A stretch of DNA of 64,000 nt, from the NCBI RefSeq assembly GCF_001194135.2, contig NC_068987.1, forward strand, positions 89,685,805 through 89,749,804, written 5' to 3'. The first letter of the stretch is position 1. Each line of letters starts with the position of its first letter. A program made the translations under genes and the position numbers. This stretch comes from Octopus bimaculoides. Lineage: Eukaryota. Below, piece after piece: positions 12,556 through 26,059 of this stretch. The notes beneath the pieces are model-generated. The model saw nothing but the letters and a program-made list of their open reading frames with translations, did not search any database and was not told the origin of the DNA.

Positions 12556-13441
12556 AATCAATGTAAAACTTTCTAATAATTTAAAACCTAAAATCTCTAA
12601 TATTTGCTTCTAACAGAAGAACAAAACCAGAAATTTATGGTGAGGTATAAGTCAGTTAAATTGATCTTAGTATGTCCTGTGTTTTGTTTTACTGGGTCCC
12701 CAAGGGATGAAAGACAAAGTTGGCCTTGATGAGATTTGTACTCAAGAAGCCTCTATGTAGTTGCTTGATCTAACAGAAGCAGTAGCTGAATCTCCCTCAA
12801 TCATTTTGTTACCATATTTCTGTTGAGGTGCTCTGTGTTTCTTTCAATTAATTTTAAATATAACAAAGAATTTATCAAAATAACATAATTTGTGATTAAG
12901 GTTTGGAGGAAGATTTCAATTCAGAACTTTTGAAAACAAGACATTTATACTCAGAGCCAGAGGTGGTTTCAACTGGGTTGGTATCAAAAGGGTTAAATCA
13001 TACTTGAAATAAGGGTGTCAAATTCGTTTGGGTTTGCAGGCATGGTTAGAGGCTAAGAAGGTAATTTTCCAATCATGTGGTTCTGGTTTCAACCCAACTG
13101 CACAGCACCTTCGGCAAGTGTGCGTTTTATAAATTTAGGTTGACTAATGTCTCCTGTCAGAGGAATTTGACAGACAAAACTGTGTGGAAACCTTCCATTC
13201 ATACATGTGTGTATCTTTCACTTGTATCAGTCATTGGACTGTAGCCATGCTGGGGCACTGCCTTGAAGGGATTTAGTTTAATGAATCAACCCCAGTATGT
13301 ATATTTTTAAGCTTGGTATTTATTCTGTTAGCATGCTGCCTAAGTTACATGGATGTAAACAAACCAACTCTGGTTGTCGAGTGGTGGTAAGAGATAAAAA
13401 TGAAGACACACACACAGATTAAACGATGATGATGACACACA

Positions 13442-13483
<42 letters not shown>

Positions 13484-15959
13484 AGTACATATATATATAG
13501 AGAGATGGGCTTCTTTCATCATCATCATCATTGTTTAATGTCCACTTTCCATGCTAGCATGGGTTGGACGATTTGACTGAGGACTGGTGAACCAGATGGC
13601 TACACCAGGCTCCAATCTGATTTGGCAGAGTTTCTACAGCTGGATGCCTTTCCTAACGCCAACCACTCCGAGAGTGTAGTGGGTGCTTTTACGTGCCACC
13701 GGCACGAAGGCTAGTCAGCCGTGAAGACATCTGCTCTAGGTGAAATGCAGTGGGATTGAACCCAGAACCATGTAGTTGGGAAGCAAACTTCTTATCATAC
13801 AGCAATGCCTGTGTCTTATATATATATATAACTCCAAGGTGGATGGTTATACCGCAGGNNNNNNNNNNNNNNNNNNNNNNNNNNNNNNNNNNNNNNNNNN
13901 NNNNNNNNNNNNNNNNNNNNNNNNNNNNNNNNNNNNNNNNNNNNNNNNNNNNNNNNNNNNNNNNNNNNNNNNNNNNNNNNNNNNNAATAGAGTATTATGT
14001 ACTCTTAACTGTGAAACAATTGTACTAAATTAACTAAAGGCAAGTGTTTTTTACTCTTCTCTATTGTTTTTTGTTCTGTGTGTATCAAAAATATCGCTAT
14101 CAATCTGGAGTAATAATTTGTAGTTTTGAAATCAGTAGTTCTTTGACTGCTATTTCTGAATTCTCAGTATGTTGGAGAAGCAGGTTACTGTCAATCCCTA
14201 TATATTTATGATTATAAATTATTTACCGAAGAAGGTTTTTTTCATACTGAGCTACCCGGCAGAATTGTTAATTATTAATTTTATTACTAATTCATGATTC
14301 CCTGCCCTGCATATATATATATATATATATATATACACCTTTCACTAATGTATAGAGATGAAGGATGTAAAGCATTGGTAAGAAACCCGAAAAGCAACTG
14401 CTTTTCAAAACAAACCCTTTGTGATATTTGTTCAGCATAGAGTCACACAGGCACTTCCTTAACACTTCTGCAGTTAAAAATGCCATGAATCAATCACTGA
14501 CTCATTGTAGACCTGTAACTATCAATGCTATTATTCTCCAATTGCGATATAAAATATGAGGTCACTCAAATCTAACAAAGGAAAATGGAAAACAAAACAT
14601 GACAAAGTTTTACAAAATATCTATAGACACATTCATGGCTGTGTGGTTAAAAAGCTCTCATTGCAACCATGTGATTTCAAGTTCAGTTCCAGTGTGTGAC
14701 ACATTGGGCAAGTGTTTTCTACTACAGCCCTGGGGTTGACCAACACCTTGTAATTGGATTTGGTAGACAGAAACTATGTGGAAGCTCATAGTGTATATAT
14801 GTGTGTGTATGTGTGTCCTTGTTTGTCATCTCCACTTGCTTCACAATAAGTGTTGGTTTGTTTCTGTTCCCATAACTTAGCAGTTCAGGAAAAGAGACTG
14901 ATAGAATAAGAACCAGACTTTAAAAAAAACAGAAGCAATTTGTTTGGTTAAAATCCTTCAGTCCAGTGATCCAGCATGGCCACAGTCCAATGATTAAAAC
15001 AAGTAGAATATACAAGATACATCTGCTTCCAACATAGGTTGGAAAGCTTCCATATTAACGAAGCAGATGTTCACAAATGAACAAGAGAAGTGAATTAAAA
15101 TGAGAAATGTTTGAGATTAGGATTATACTTTACTATTCTTAGATCAACATGCTACTAATTAAATACAAAATTGATATTTTCAATCATAATCGCAAAAGCT
15201 TGCTGGAGTTATAAATTACTATTTTCACGATTGAGTTTCAGTGGATAATTAAGCAGATTATAAGCTTAAGACATCTTATCTGAGTTGTTGGAATTAAAGA
15301 AGGAAAGAGATTACAACAATGCAAAATTATATCTGACTGTAAAGACAACAAATGTATGTAGAAATATATACACATAGGCAATCTCTGTAATGAAATTATA
15401 ACAGAATTTAATCTTGAATAAACAAAATAATGACAAATACAATACTGTCCAAGTAACCACATGTTAATTCTCTGGATTTTAAGTAGCAAGTGGATCTTAG
15501 AAAATCATAATGAGCTAAACTTCTCAGCAGTATGAAAAGTCCGTTTGTTGGAGAGAAAAGTAAGGGGTAGAAACATAAAATAATCCCCTATTTAGCTGCC
15601 ATGTAATCAAATCATATATTTTATGAAGAACACGATAATTGCAGGTCAGCCACTTAAAAAGTAATCTGGTTCCATAGCAGGTTTAGATGATTTTCTGAGG
15701 GATTGAACTACTGTTGTTTAAAGCTGATTGCACAGAAAAGTAAGGTCAGTGCTGTGCAACACTTTATCCACTCAAAACATGTTCATACACAGGAAAATTC
15801 TTGGACTCCGAATGTTTGCATGGACTTACTGAGATTAAGAAGAGGTCTTAGTCACAAGTTGACTTCAGCCATGTATGTACACACACACACACCAGTAAGC
15901 ATATAAGTGCAAAACAAGGTGGAAAAAATAGTACACAAATACCAAAAGCAGAGTAATCT

Positions 15960-16145
15960 ACTATTTTATTAATGCTGAAAAAAAAATCTTCACAAACTGT
16001 TACTCAGAAGTTCATGTGATAGTTCATCACACAGTTGAGATAATATGGAATTATTCCATATTCCTAACCCTAACCATCTGATGAGCAGTCACATGAACTT
16101 CTGAGTAACAGTTTGTGAAGATTTTTTCAGCTTTAATACAATAGT
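15960..16145. mobile_element. Short fold-back MITE with ~60-bp arms and internal CCTAACCCTAACC
   Basis: Arms CTATTTTATTAATGCTG...AGTTCATGTGA and their reverse complement. Confidence 0.75.
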
Positions 16146-17054
16146 GTTTGTGTGTGTGTATATCATCATCATCATCATTTAACGTCCGTTTTCCATGCTA
16201 GCATGGGTTGGACGGTTTGACTGGGGACTGGTGAGCCAGATGGCTGCACCAGGCTCCAATCTGATCTGGCAGAGTTTCTACAGCTGGATGCCCATCCTAA
16301 CGCCAACCACTCCGAGAGTGTAGTGGGTGCTTTTACGTGCCACTGGCACGAGGGCTAGTCAGGTGGTACTGGCAACAGCCACACTCAAATGGTGTATTTT
16401 ACGTGTCACCTGCACAGGAGCCAGTCCAGCAGCACTGGCAACGCCCTCGCTCGAATGCTGTTTTTCATGTACTGTGCAGTGGGACTGAACCCAGAATCAT
16501 GTAGATGTGAAATTAACCACTCAACCATATCTGTACCTATATAGGTAACTCTATACTGCTACTGATGCAAAAAAAAAAAAAAAAAAAAATTCACCCAATA
16601 TATTCCTGTGAAGTGTTTGATGTTAGGAAGAGCATCCTACAGCAGGGAGCAAGCCCAAACTAATCTGTTGGAACAAAACATGGTTCTCGGGCCTATCAGA
16701 TTTGTTCAACTATCCAACTTATGTCATAATGGAAAGCAGACATAAAATGATGATGATATACATAGGTGATACATTTAGACACACTGTACTGTAGACTCGT
16801 TCACTTTATACCAGCGGATGTCAATAATAGAATCTTCTCAAGAGAATGTTTAAATAAGCTGTATTGAAATTACTCCAGGAGGGGATAATGGCAAATATGG
16901 AGATAAGCACTTAATCTACTTTTGCCAACAGTGAAAACCGAACATTAAGCTGGTTGTGGTAGTCTTTCTTTCTGACTGCAATGCATCTGGTTCTGACTAG
17001 GTCATTTCATGTGAAATACATAAAATGAATATACAAACTAGATTTCAAGATATA

Positions 17055-17085
<31 letters not shown>

Positions 17086-17409
17086 NNNNNNNNNNNNNNN
17101 NNNNNNNNNNNNNNNNNNNNNNNNNNNNNNNNNNNNNNNNNNNNNNNNNNNNNNNNNNNNNNNNNNNNNNNNNNNNNNNNNNNNNNNNNNNNNNNNNNNN
17201 NNNNNNNNNNNNNNNNNNNNNNNNNNNNNNNNNNNNNNNNNNNNNNNNNNNNNNNNNNNNNNNNNNNNNNNNNNNNNNNNNNNNNNNNNNNNNNNNNNNN
17301 NNNNNNNNNNNNNNNNNNNNNNNNNNNNNNNNNNNNNNNNNNNNNNNNNNNNNNNNNTTTTCATTTTATCTAGTTTCAGCTCATGAGCTATGGCCATGCT
17401 GGGGCACCG

Positions 17410-17555
17410 CCATTTAGTGTTGCTACACAATTTTACTTCAGGAATTGACATTTGGTGCATGAGAGAGTTTGATGTAGCTGCTCTCATCTGTGCCTCCTGC
17501 CGTGAAGTTGGTTCATCTGGGACACCTGACAGGAAGAGGTCCAGCCTTGTCTTGA
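17410..17555 (-). mobile_element. CR1/L2-group LINE 3' end
   Basis: FKTRLDLFLSGVPDEP...RAATSNSL. Confidence 0.65.
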
Positions 17556-19458
17556 AGACATCTACATATATATATCTATCTATATATATATCAGCCATGA
17601 CTGCACCTATATATATCATCATCATCGTTTAACGTCCGCTTTCCATGCTAGCATGGGTTGGATGATTTGACTGAGGACTGGCGAGCCAGATGGCTGTACC
17701 AGGTTCCAATCTGATTCTGCCAAATCAGATTGGAGCCTGGTGTAGCCACCTGGTCCACCAGTCAAATCGTCCAACCCATGCTAGCATGGAAAGCGGACGT
17801 TAGACGATGATGATGATATATATAGGTGCAGTCATGGCTGTGTGGTTAAGAAATCTGCTTTGGAACCATGTGGTCGGTGGTTTGGTTCCACAGCATGAAT
17901 ATTGTTGGCTAATGCTCCATAACAACAGTCATGAGAAATATATAGAGATGGTGCTGCTAGACAAACTGTTGTTATGAGGGGAAAGCAAGAGAGTGCTTGT
18001 CCCATTCTACTTTTTTCTCTAATTAAAAATTCTTTTCTACCTTTCAAGCTGAAATTATCCTTTTACAGATACTTATTTCAAAATTTCAATTTCGTTTTTC
18101 CCATACCTACTTGATATTTTAGTAGCATCAGCGACCACGAGCAACTTAATAAAAATTCATTTGATTTTTGAGTTGGATAAACTGGATTTCTGAAATTTTT
18201 TAAAAATGTGAATTACGAGTATCTCAGAATGTGCAAATTGGTAAAATGAAAGAAAATATTTTAAAAAAGATTAATTTTAATCGTGACATCTATTCCGAAA
18301 GAATAATGAAGTTTGAAAAAAAAAAAAAATTAAGTGTAGTACATAAATTATAAAATGACGACAGATACAACGGTGGTGGGGTGTAAAAATAAAAGAAAAA
18401 CTCCAAGAAATTCCATTTTATTCGCGACAGCTATTCCGAAAGTCAGCCCTTTCACTTTTAGGAGTAGGATGGGATTTGATGATTAAGCAGTTATTTCTAA
18501 CAGACAGAACGGCCAATACCGGCTTCCTTGTTAGGCTTGTATTGTAGTATCACTGAACGGTTTAGTTTAGTGAATATTTGAACTTTCTTCCTTATGCAAG
18601 TCTCACAAGCTAGAATAATCTAGATTGTGTGTTGAAGCCTCGTGCTAATTGTAAACCAAATCTAGTAATTCATCATTCGCATATTGAATTGTTTTCACCT
18701 TAATATATATTTTATATAAATATAATTTAAGACGACAGTAGTTATTCAAAAGAAAGTTAATAAAATCACCTTCGTTCTACATTAAACTTCACTGTAGTTT
18801 GGCATCGTTTGTTGGAGTGATATTACTTGGTAATTCTAATTGTATATTATTTACATTAATAAAAGATGATAGATATTATCACTATTATTATTGGTTTCAG
18901 CCAGAGACTGTGGGCATGTTGGTGATTTATAACGCTGACCAACAGCTGATTTATAGGTTGATTTATATATAAATAAAATTTTAGTCATTTCAGAATGGTC
19001 AGAGATTTATAAATAATATAATTATGAAAAACGATCAGTTTATTTTAATAAGTTTCAATGTATGAAGAATACGACAGCAAAAAAAGCCGGTTTGAGCCCT
19101 TTTTTGGGGGACGAACAATCAGAAAGTATGAATAGACGGAATCAGATTTATGAATAAATGGAAGAAAAAAAAATATTGGCGGAATTTTGGAATATCAATT
19201 CTTTGAAGTCCCACACGTTATGGGAAAGGTAAAATTACAAAAGTGGGGAATAGAAATTGTAAAAACAGTGAAATTTTGAAAATAAAATATTTTCTCCGAA
19301 TTGTAATTTCCGTCATTTAGCAGAAATACTAAGACAGGAATATTAAGAAATGAAGGGGGAAAAACTACCGTTTTACTTTCCCATGAAGTATAGGAATTCA
19401 GGGGAGAACTTATGCAAAACTCTGCCAAAAATCAAACATGAAGTTAAAATCTACTTAC

Positions 19459-19530
19459 AAAAGATGAGACAAAAGTTAGAGAAAATATTAAGAGAAGACA
19501 AAACATGTTTACATCAAAGTAAGTTGCCAT
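19459..19530 (-). CDS. EMC10: EMC10 coding exon 1 (signal peptide MATYFDVNMFCLLLIFSLTFVSSF)
   Basis: ATG in AAGATGG context at 19530, hydrophobic signal-like 24 codons, phase-0 GTAAGT donor; frame joins the downstream exons. Confidence 0.85.
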
Positions 19531-19838
19531 CTTGATTAGCGCAGCCTACTTTTATGAACCAATCAAATCACGTGGAACATATAAATTCTTAAAGCTCGAC
19601 CAATCAACGTTGATGTTACAGAAGATAAATGTTCATCTGAGAAGGATGGCTGAGAAGGTTCCATAAGTATTTTGATTGCAAAGTGCTCGGATTGTATTGT
19701 TTAGTTTCTCTCGAAGATGGTGGCGATGATGCCTACGAAGCTCACAATAAATCTGAATTAATTCATTTACTTTTTATTGGTTCACAACTATAAAATCAGA
19801 TCATCGGAGCAAGTTATTATTTCATTCAATTCTCCAGA
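19531..19838. promoter_or_regulatory. Probable bidirectional promoter and 5' UTRs between EMC10 and the SDR gene
   Basis: Divergent ATGs 308 bp apart; CCAAT at about 19559 and 19600; CACGTG E-box at 19569-19574. Confidence 0.65.
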
Positions 19839-20133
19839 ATGGATTTCGATCTTACAGGCGAAAACAGCGACTACATGTTCTACTCGTTGCTCTACTGCAG
19901 TGTTACCATCGTATTTGCTACGGCAGTACTCACTAAATTCCTCACCAATGAGATCCGTTTCGGTTTCCGCTCTTTTTTAAGTTTGGTTACATTGTTTCTC
20001 GGCGAACCATTGTGCCAGTTCCTTGTCAAAGGTCCTCATGGAGTTGGAACCTTCGCCCTGGCTTGTATGCTGGTCTACTGGATTTTACCAGCAAGCCGCC
20101 TCCCCGCTAAAGACAAAGTTGTCCTCATCACTG
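19839..20133 (+). CDS. SDR9C-type dehydrogenase exon 1 (hydrophobic N-terminal membrane segments through KVVLITG)
   Basis: ATG at 19839, hydrophobic stretches, ends in KDKVVLIT-G at a phase-1 GTACGT donor just before the Rossmann glycine motif. Confidence 0.9.
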
Positions 20134-20651
20134 GTACGTATATATACCTAAACTCATTTCCACTGATTTTCTTCAGACATGCACTTACAGACGTTCGACC
20201 AGTGCATTGTCATGTATTTTTATTCATTTCCTTTTTATTAAAGCAACAACTCAAAGAATTAACACTGACCAATTCTGTGGCCAGTGGCATGTATTTGAAT
20301 AACAGATGAATACAGGTATTTGCCATATATAGTCTGAAGATTCCCAGTCCGGGATGAAACAGCGGTTCTCTGTGAAACTTCGAGTCTTCAAATTCCCACA
20401 ATAAATGTTTACTCTCTGAACGCAACGAGTTCTCTCTTAGTTGTACATGCCGTGGGCCCTTCTCCTTCTTTCCATGCACAATTACATTCATGTTTGGATA
20501 TACAAACAGAGAACAAGTAGTCTACATAGAACATAGCTTATTTATTTGTTCCAAGGTGATAATTTACTCCATTGCTAGTCAGAGTTTGTTTCAATTTCTG
20601 TACATGTGAAGAGCATCGGAATGGGTCATAAGTTTCAAATGTGTGTGTGTG

Positions 20652-20690
<39 letters not shown>

Positions 20691-23081
20691 TCAAAGAGAG
20701 AAGCGTATCTATTTTACTAATGAGAAAGAATTAAAATGTTAGCGAACAAGGAACGTGTAATCTACAGTTTTCACATTAACTAATTATTGATGAAATTTAA
20801 GAAAAATTACATCTTGTATGTGTATTTTTTATTGCTAGTCAGTAGCAATTTTATCTGCATTAATAAGTATGTTTGGATCTCTGTTTTTTATTAGCTGGTC
20901 ATTTAAACAACTCAGTAGAGTTGTTTGTGTCATAAAAAGCAGTAACTTCTTTTTCTTCCGTCTTTAACTTCAGTAAACATTAACATGGCTTCTCCACCAA
21001 AAAAATCTTATGTGCCGTTAAGTCGCGTTTCCGTTATCATATCCACTCTGGGTAATTAATAGCATTCTACCATTATCTTTTATTTGTTTCAGTCGTTGGA
21101 CTGCGGCCCTGCTGGTGGGGTACCGCCTTGAAAAATTTTAGTCGAACAAATTTACTCCATTACTTATCTTTTAAGTTTGGTACTTATTCTCTCTCTTTTC
21201 CGGGGACTAAACAAACCAACACCGGTTGTCACGTAGCTGTGGGGGACAAACATGTATAGAGTGAGTGGGTGAGAGCAAAATAAGCTAAATATAGATAATA
21301 CAGTAAGTCACCTCCTGAAACAGCTGTCGAGATAAGACATGTAATGTTTCCCCCCGTCATTTTACAATCTGTATTTTGTGCTCCATGTAAATATGCCCGA
21401 AGCTTGTATTTGCGATGAGCTTCTTTCAGTTTATGTCTATTCATTTACATAGCTTAGCCCGAGGCGATAATAGAAGTGGGACGGAACCCGGAACCCTGTA
21501 GTTAGGAAGCAAACTTTTTACCACACAGCCTATAAAGGTTATGAACTGTTTCAACCTTTTATTTTCAAGGTTTAATTTTATATGGTTCCATTACACCTTT
21601 CTTACTGCGTGTTCCCTTGATGGGTTTGTAGTGCTTATAGAAATCTCATGCCTCTTTAGTAATAGTTTCAGATCAGGCAGACATGAAGGAACTATTTCTA
21701 CTAAATAGTAGAAATAAGTACTTGTAATAAGACATGATTAGGCGAGGGGATAAGTTTTGATATGGGTGAGAACTTTTATTTAGAGAATTCTCTTTCGGAC
21801 GATAAATGTTAAGTTTAATTGTATTTACATATGGCATACATACGTAGCAGTTCTTTCAGACTCGCCGTAGTAAATACGTTGTATTCTAAATTTGTAGACG
21901 TCTGAGTAGTAGAACAAATATAAGACATGATCAGCTGAAGAATTCTTCGATCCAGTTTGTGAGTTACGGAGAGAGATAGGTAGGCTAAGTTCCATTCTCC
22001 AGCGTAGAATTTTATATAATTTTAATTCTTTTTCCCAATTTTTTTTCTTCTCTCAAACATAAATGTAATGGTTAGTTTATCTGTCACTAAGGGGGAAAAT
22101 GCTTTTTAACAGCCTCTGTGACTACAGAAGCTTCTTTTTCGGCATTGTGACTAAAGTTTTATTTTCAGAATGATTAGTGCCCAGAAAATTGCCACCAGTT
22201 TACCCACCGGAATGTTAATACTGTCTCCATTCTTTCATCTGTATCAAATATTTTTAATGGTAAACAACAAAATCTTGTCGACTTTGGTATTGTAGTATGC
22301 AAAGAACCCAAGCACCCATTGTAATTCTTTAGTGTTGAAAGATAAGTAGATTCTTCATCAAGAGGGCGAAGGCGTTGTGGATTGGAGCATAATTCTCTAT
22401 CTAAAATTAGATCAGCCAACAAGTTGATAGATGTTAGGCCTTTATTTACGTTTATTTTAGATTAACACATTCGACTGCTTTGAAGAAATTTGAGTCGTAT
22501 CATGTTCTGGTTTTGTTTCACGATAAACTTCATAGTTTATTGACTGAGAGCATGAGTCCTGTTACTTGAAAAGGCTGTGTATGATACCTCAATGATTTTA
22601 CTAACTTTATAGTAAGCGCTATTTAGATCAATTATGTTAATAACACTTGTTAGAACAACATTGCCCTCTCAATCATCTATAGTTAAACAGATCAGCGTCA
22701 AGCTCTGTAAAACTGTCAATAATTTAAGAGAAATCTGCGGATCTTTTTGTTAACGGAATTGACAATAACAACCAAAACCTGCGCCCACAGAGGCTTTTTA
22801 AAAATTTTTTTGAAAGAAGTTTTGAAATTTCTGGAAGTTTTTTTCTCTTTCAAACTGGACTGGCGAATTTTAGTTGCAACAAGTTTGCACTTGAGAGAGA
22901 TATTTCGATAAGGCTTAGTAACAAGTTTTCTAACCACTTATATATGTGAATAAAATCACAAATTAAAAAAAAAAAAGAATTCAGATTCTGTATAAATTAA
23001 ATTTCTTTGTGATCTCTTATCAGCTCAAAGTTGTGAAAGAAGAAAAAGTATTTTTTAAAATCTATTTTTGTAGATATTCTA

Positions 23082-23287
23082 CAGGGTGTCCACAAAGTCT
23101 GGGTACATGGAGTAAATAAAATCATAGCATAAACAATTAAATATAAAAAATAATTTCTTAAAGTATGTGTTAATCCCCATGTGGGTACATGGAGTTAATA
23201 AAATCATAACATAAACAATTAAATGTGAGAAATAATTTCTTAAAGTATGTGTTAATCCTAATCTACTCAGACTTTGTGGACACCCTG
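23082..23287. mobile_element. Tc1/mariner-type MITE with an internal ~80-bp tandem duplication
   Basis: TIR CAGGGTGTCCACAAAGTCTG, TA TSD at both ends. Confidence 0.85.
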
Positions 23288-24157
23288 TAGTTTATAAAGA
23301 CGGCATGAAATTTGTGCTGTTACTTCAGAATTAGCCAAGGAAACAACACTTATTTTTGGGATATATTTCCAGGTCGATTTGATTAGCTAAGTGTTGACAG
23401 GTGAACATTACAGATGAACCTGCGTCTTTGAGAATTTTGATAAAAATAATTTTCTCAGTTATCATACATGTAACAAGTACCAGAAAAGGGAGTTATCAAA
23501 GAAATAAATCCGGATTAAATAACCTTAGAAGATACTTTTTTTTGTGAGACAGAAGAGTTGTGGTCATCAGACCGGCAAACAGTGGCTCACAGTTCTCCCT
23601 TTTTTTACAGTTTTCACAGAACGTGGCACAGGAATGGATCTTGGGTTTGCCACTGAAAAAGCATCTTCTCCACGTTTAGTGTTTGTTGTGGTAGATTACT
23701 CAGATTATATTTATCATTATTTGTGGCATTGGTGAAACCTCAAGCATTTGACATGATTGTGTATTACGTTCTAAAACACCTTGTCTGTTGGACAGATGGC
23801 TGAAGCTTGATTTAGTGAATAACACTTAAGTATCTCTTAATATATTGATACAATTTCTGTGGAAAAGCTACAAATAACTTTTGAAGTCGTCAGGGGATCC
23901 GCATCAATTTACTCAAGTACCTAATATTTCAGCGAGCCATCAATACCAAAATCAATCAAAATACAAATTTGATACCTTTATGATGTAAGGGACATAACTG
24001 CGGTTACACATAAGCAGCTCTTGCAATATTCCACTAACTTTTTCTATTATTGCAACTCAGTGTGTTTTTAGAACTTGTATATCCTTGGTTCTAGATCAGC
24101 TTTGTTTGAATAGAATTATTGATCAAAGCCGTTTCATTCGCGTTCATCTTATATATA

Positions 24158-24508
24158 GAAATGGAAACCAAAACAATATATGATTTAACAATTAAATAAT
24201 TTAATCATTAACAATTCAATTTTATTATTTTATACAAATGACATCTCATAAATTACAGATGTTTCAACTCCATTAATAAAATCAAGTTTTTCAAGAATAA
24301 TAAAATACCGTTCATCAGATCAGCTTATCTTCTTAGATATCTCATGCAAAAAACGGTATTTTATTATTCTTGAAAAACTTGTTTTTATTAATGGAGTTGA
24401 AACAGCTGTACTTTATGAGATGTCATTTGTATAAAATAATAAAATTGAATTTATTATTTAATGATTAAATTATTAAATTGTTAAATTAATTGTTTTGGTT
24501 TCCATTTC
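24158..24508. mobile_element. AT-rich fold-back element, ~155-bp arms, ~40-nt loop
   Basis: 24158-24312 is a near-perfect reverse complement of 24352-24508. Confidence 0.8.
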
Positions 24509-24701
24509 CAATTTATATTTTTATATTGATAAACTATAAGTTTATTTATTTATTTACCTGTTTAAGTGCGATAGTTCATAACATTCTTCAAAACATTTAT
24601 TTGCCAATAAAAACCATTGGGTTTTTATTGGCAAAAGAACTCAATAAATTCTTTGGATATTTAATATCCCTTAGGTGGTTATTTAACACCTAGCTAAATT
24701 G

Positions 24702-24737
<36 letters not shown>

Positions 24738-26059
24738 GACTACTTTACCCAATGCATAATCTTTGACAGCAGGATGTATTTTTGAGTGAGATTTAGCTTC
24801 CTTTTCTACAAAGTCGAGCAACTGCAGAGAAAGCTTCCTTGTGTTTGCTAGAGCTATTTTACATGTGTTAATACCTGTGATATACAGGTAAGAGTTATGC
24901 CTGCAACAAGGCTTTATTTAAACAAAAGTATCTTTGTCTTACATAAGGTGTTAATGTCACAGAATTGTTTAAAGAATAGTTTTTATTTTTTTTTTAGAAG
25001 TGTTCTTTGGAAGTATTGCACGGAATAAGGAAAAAAGAATTATAATATTCTTCAAATTTCCCTGTTTAGTGCTTATTATCTAATTCAACATTTGGTAAAT
25101 GTCTTTTTGCCTGTTGTTACCAATGCCTGAATAAAAAATTATAAAAGGAAAGATTAATTAATTAATTAATCAATCAATTGATAATAAACTGAAATGAAAT
25201 ATCAGTCCATATGTTGGCAACATGATCCTCCCAATGTACAACAAATATATATTATAGCAAAAAACCTGTGCTTGTCTTGCTATCATCTTTAGCCTCTCAA
25301 CACCTGGCATAAAGCCACCTCCTTTCCCACCTCCCAAATACTCCCGCCTTCACATAGTCGAGAGGTTTTTCTTTTCCTGTTCTTGAAAGTTACTTGGCGT
25401 TCTCAGTAGTGCCAGTGATGCAAGAAAAGCACCCAGTACACACTGTAAAGTGGTTGGTGTTAGAAATGGCATCTAGCCATAGAAACCATGCCAAAACAGA
25501 CATTGGAGCTTGGCACTGCTTTGCAGCTTGCCAGATCCTGTCGAACCGTCCAACCCATGCCTGCATGGAAAGTGGATGTTAAATGGTGATAATAGTAATG
25601 TATAATACTAAAGAAATAAACAAATTTTTCCAAGCTTAACTTATGCATACTAAAATTCATAACTCTGGGTAAGTTGATATTCTGTGAATAGTCAAGAATC
25701 CTAATGTTTTAAACAAAGCATGTTTTTGGAGGAAGAAAAAAAGTCTCTCTTTTCAGTGAAGGATTTTATGAATTTATTCTGATTTACAAGCTTTGCTAAA
25801 TAATTTTTGCCCACCTCTGCTCAGCAGAAATTATTTGCTGTCTTTGTGTGTGTGTTTTGTAACCTGTTCAATGTATCAATTCTTGAATTAACCCTTTTGA
25901 TACCAACCTGGCTGAAACCGCCTTTGGCTCTAATGTACAAATGCCTTGTTTTCTTAAGTTTTGAATTAAAGTCTTCCACCAAACCTTAGTTACAATTTAT
26001 GTTCCTAACACTAACTTCATGATAACTAAGTTATTTTAATAAATTCTTTGTTATATACA

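Noticed and set aside
22174-22422. ORF with PLDEESTYLST resembling a Gypsy RT motif
   Set aside because: Only one short motif; too weak to call without a search.
23610-23700. Candidate extra SDR exon after a TTTTTTACAG acceptor
   Set aside because: Translation has no SDR similarity, and exon 1 splices cleanly to 32817 to give TGCDSGFG.
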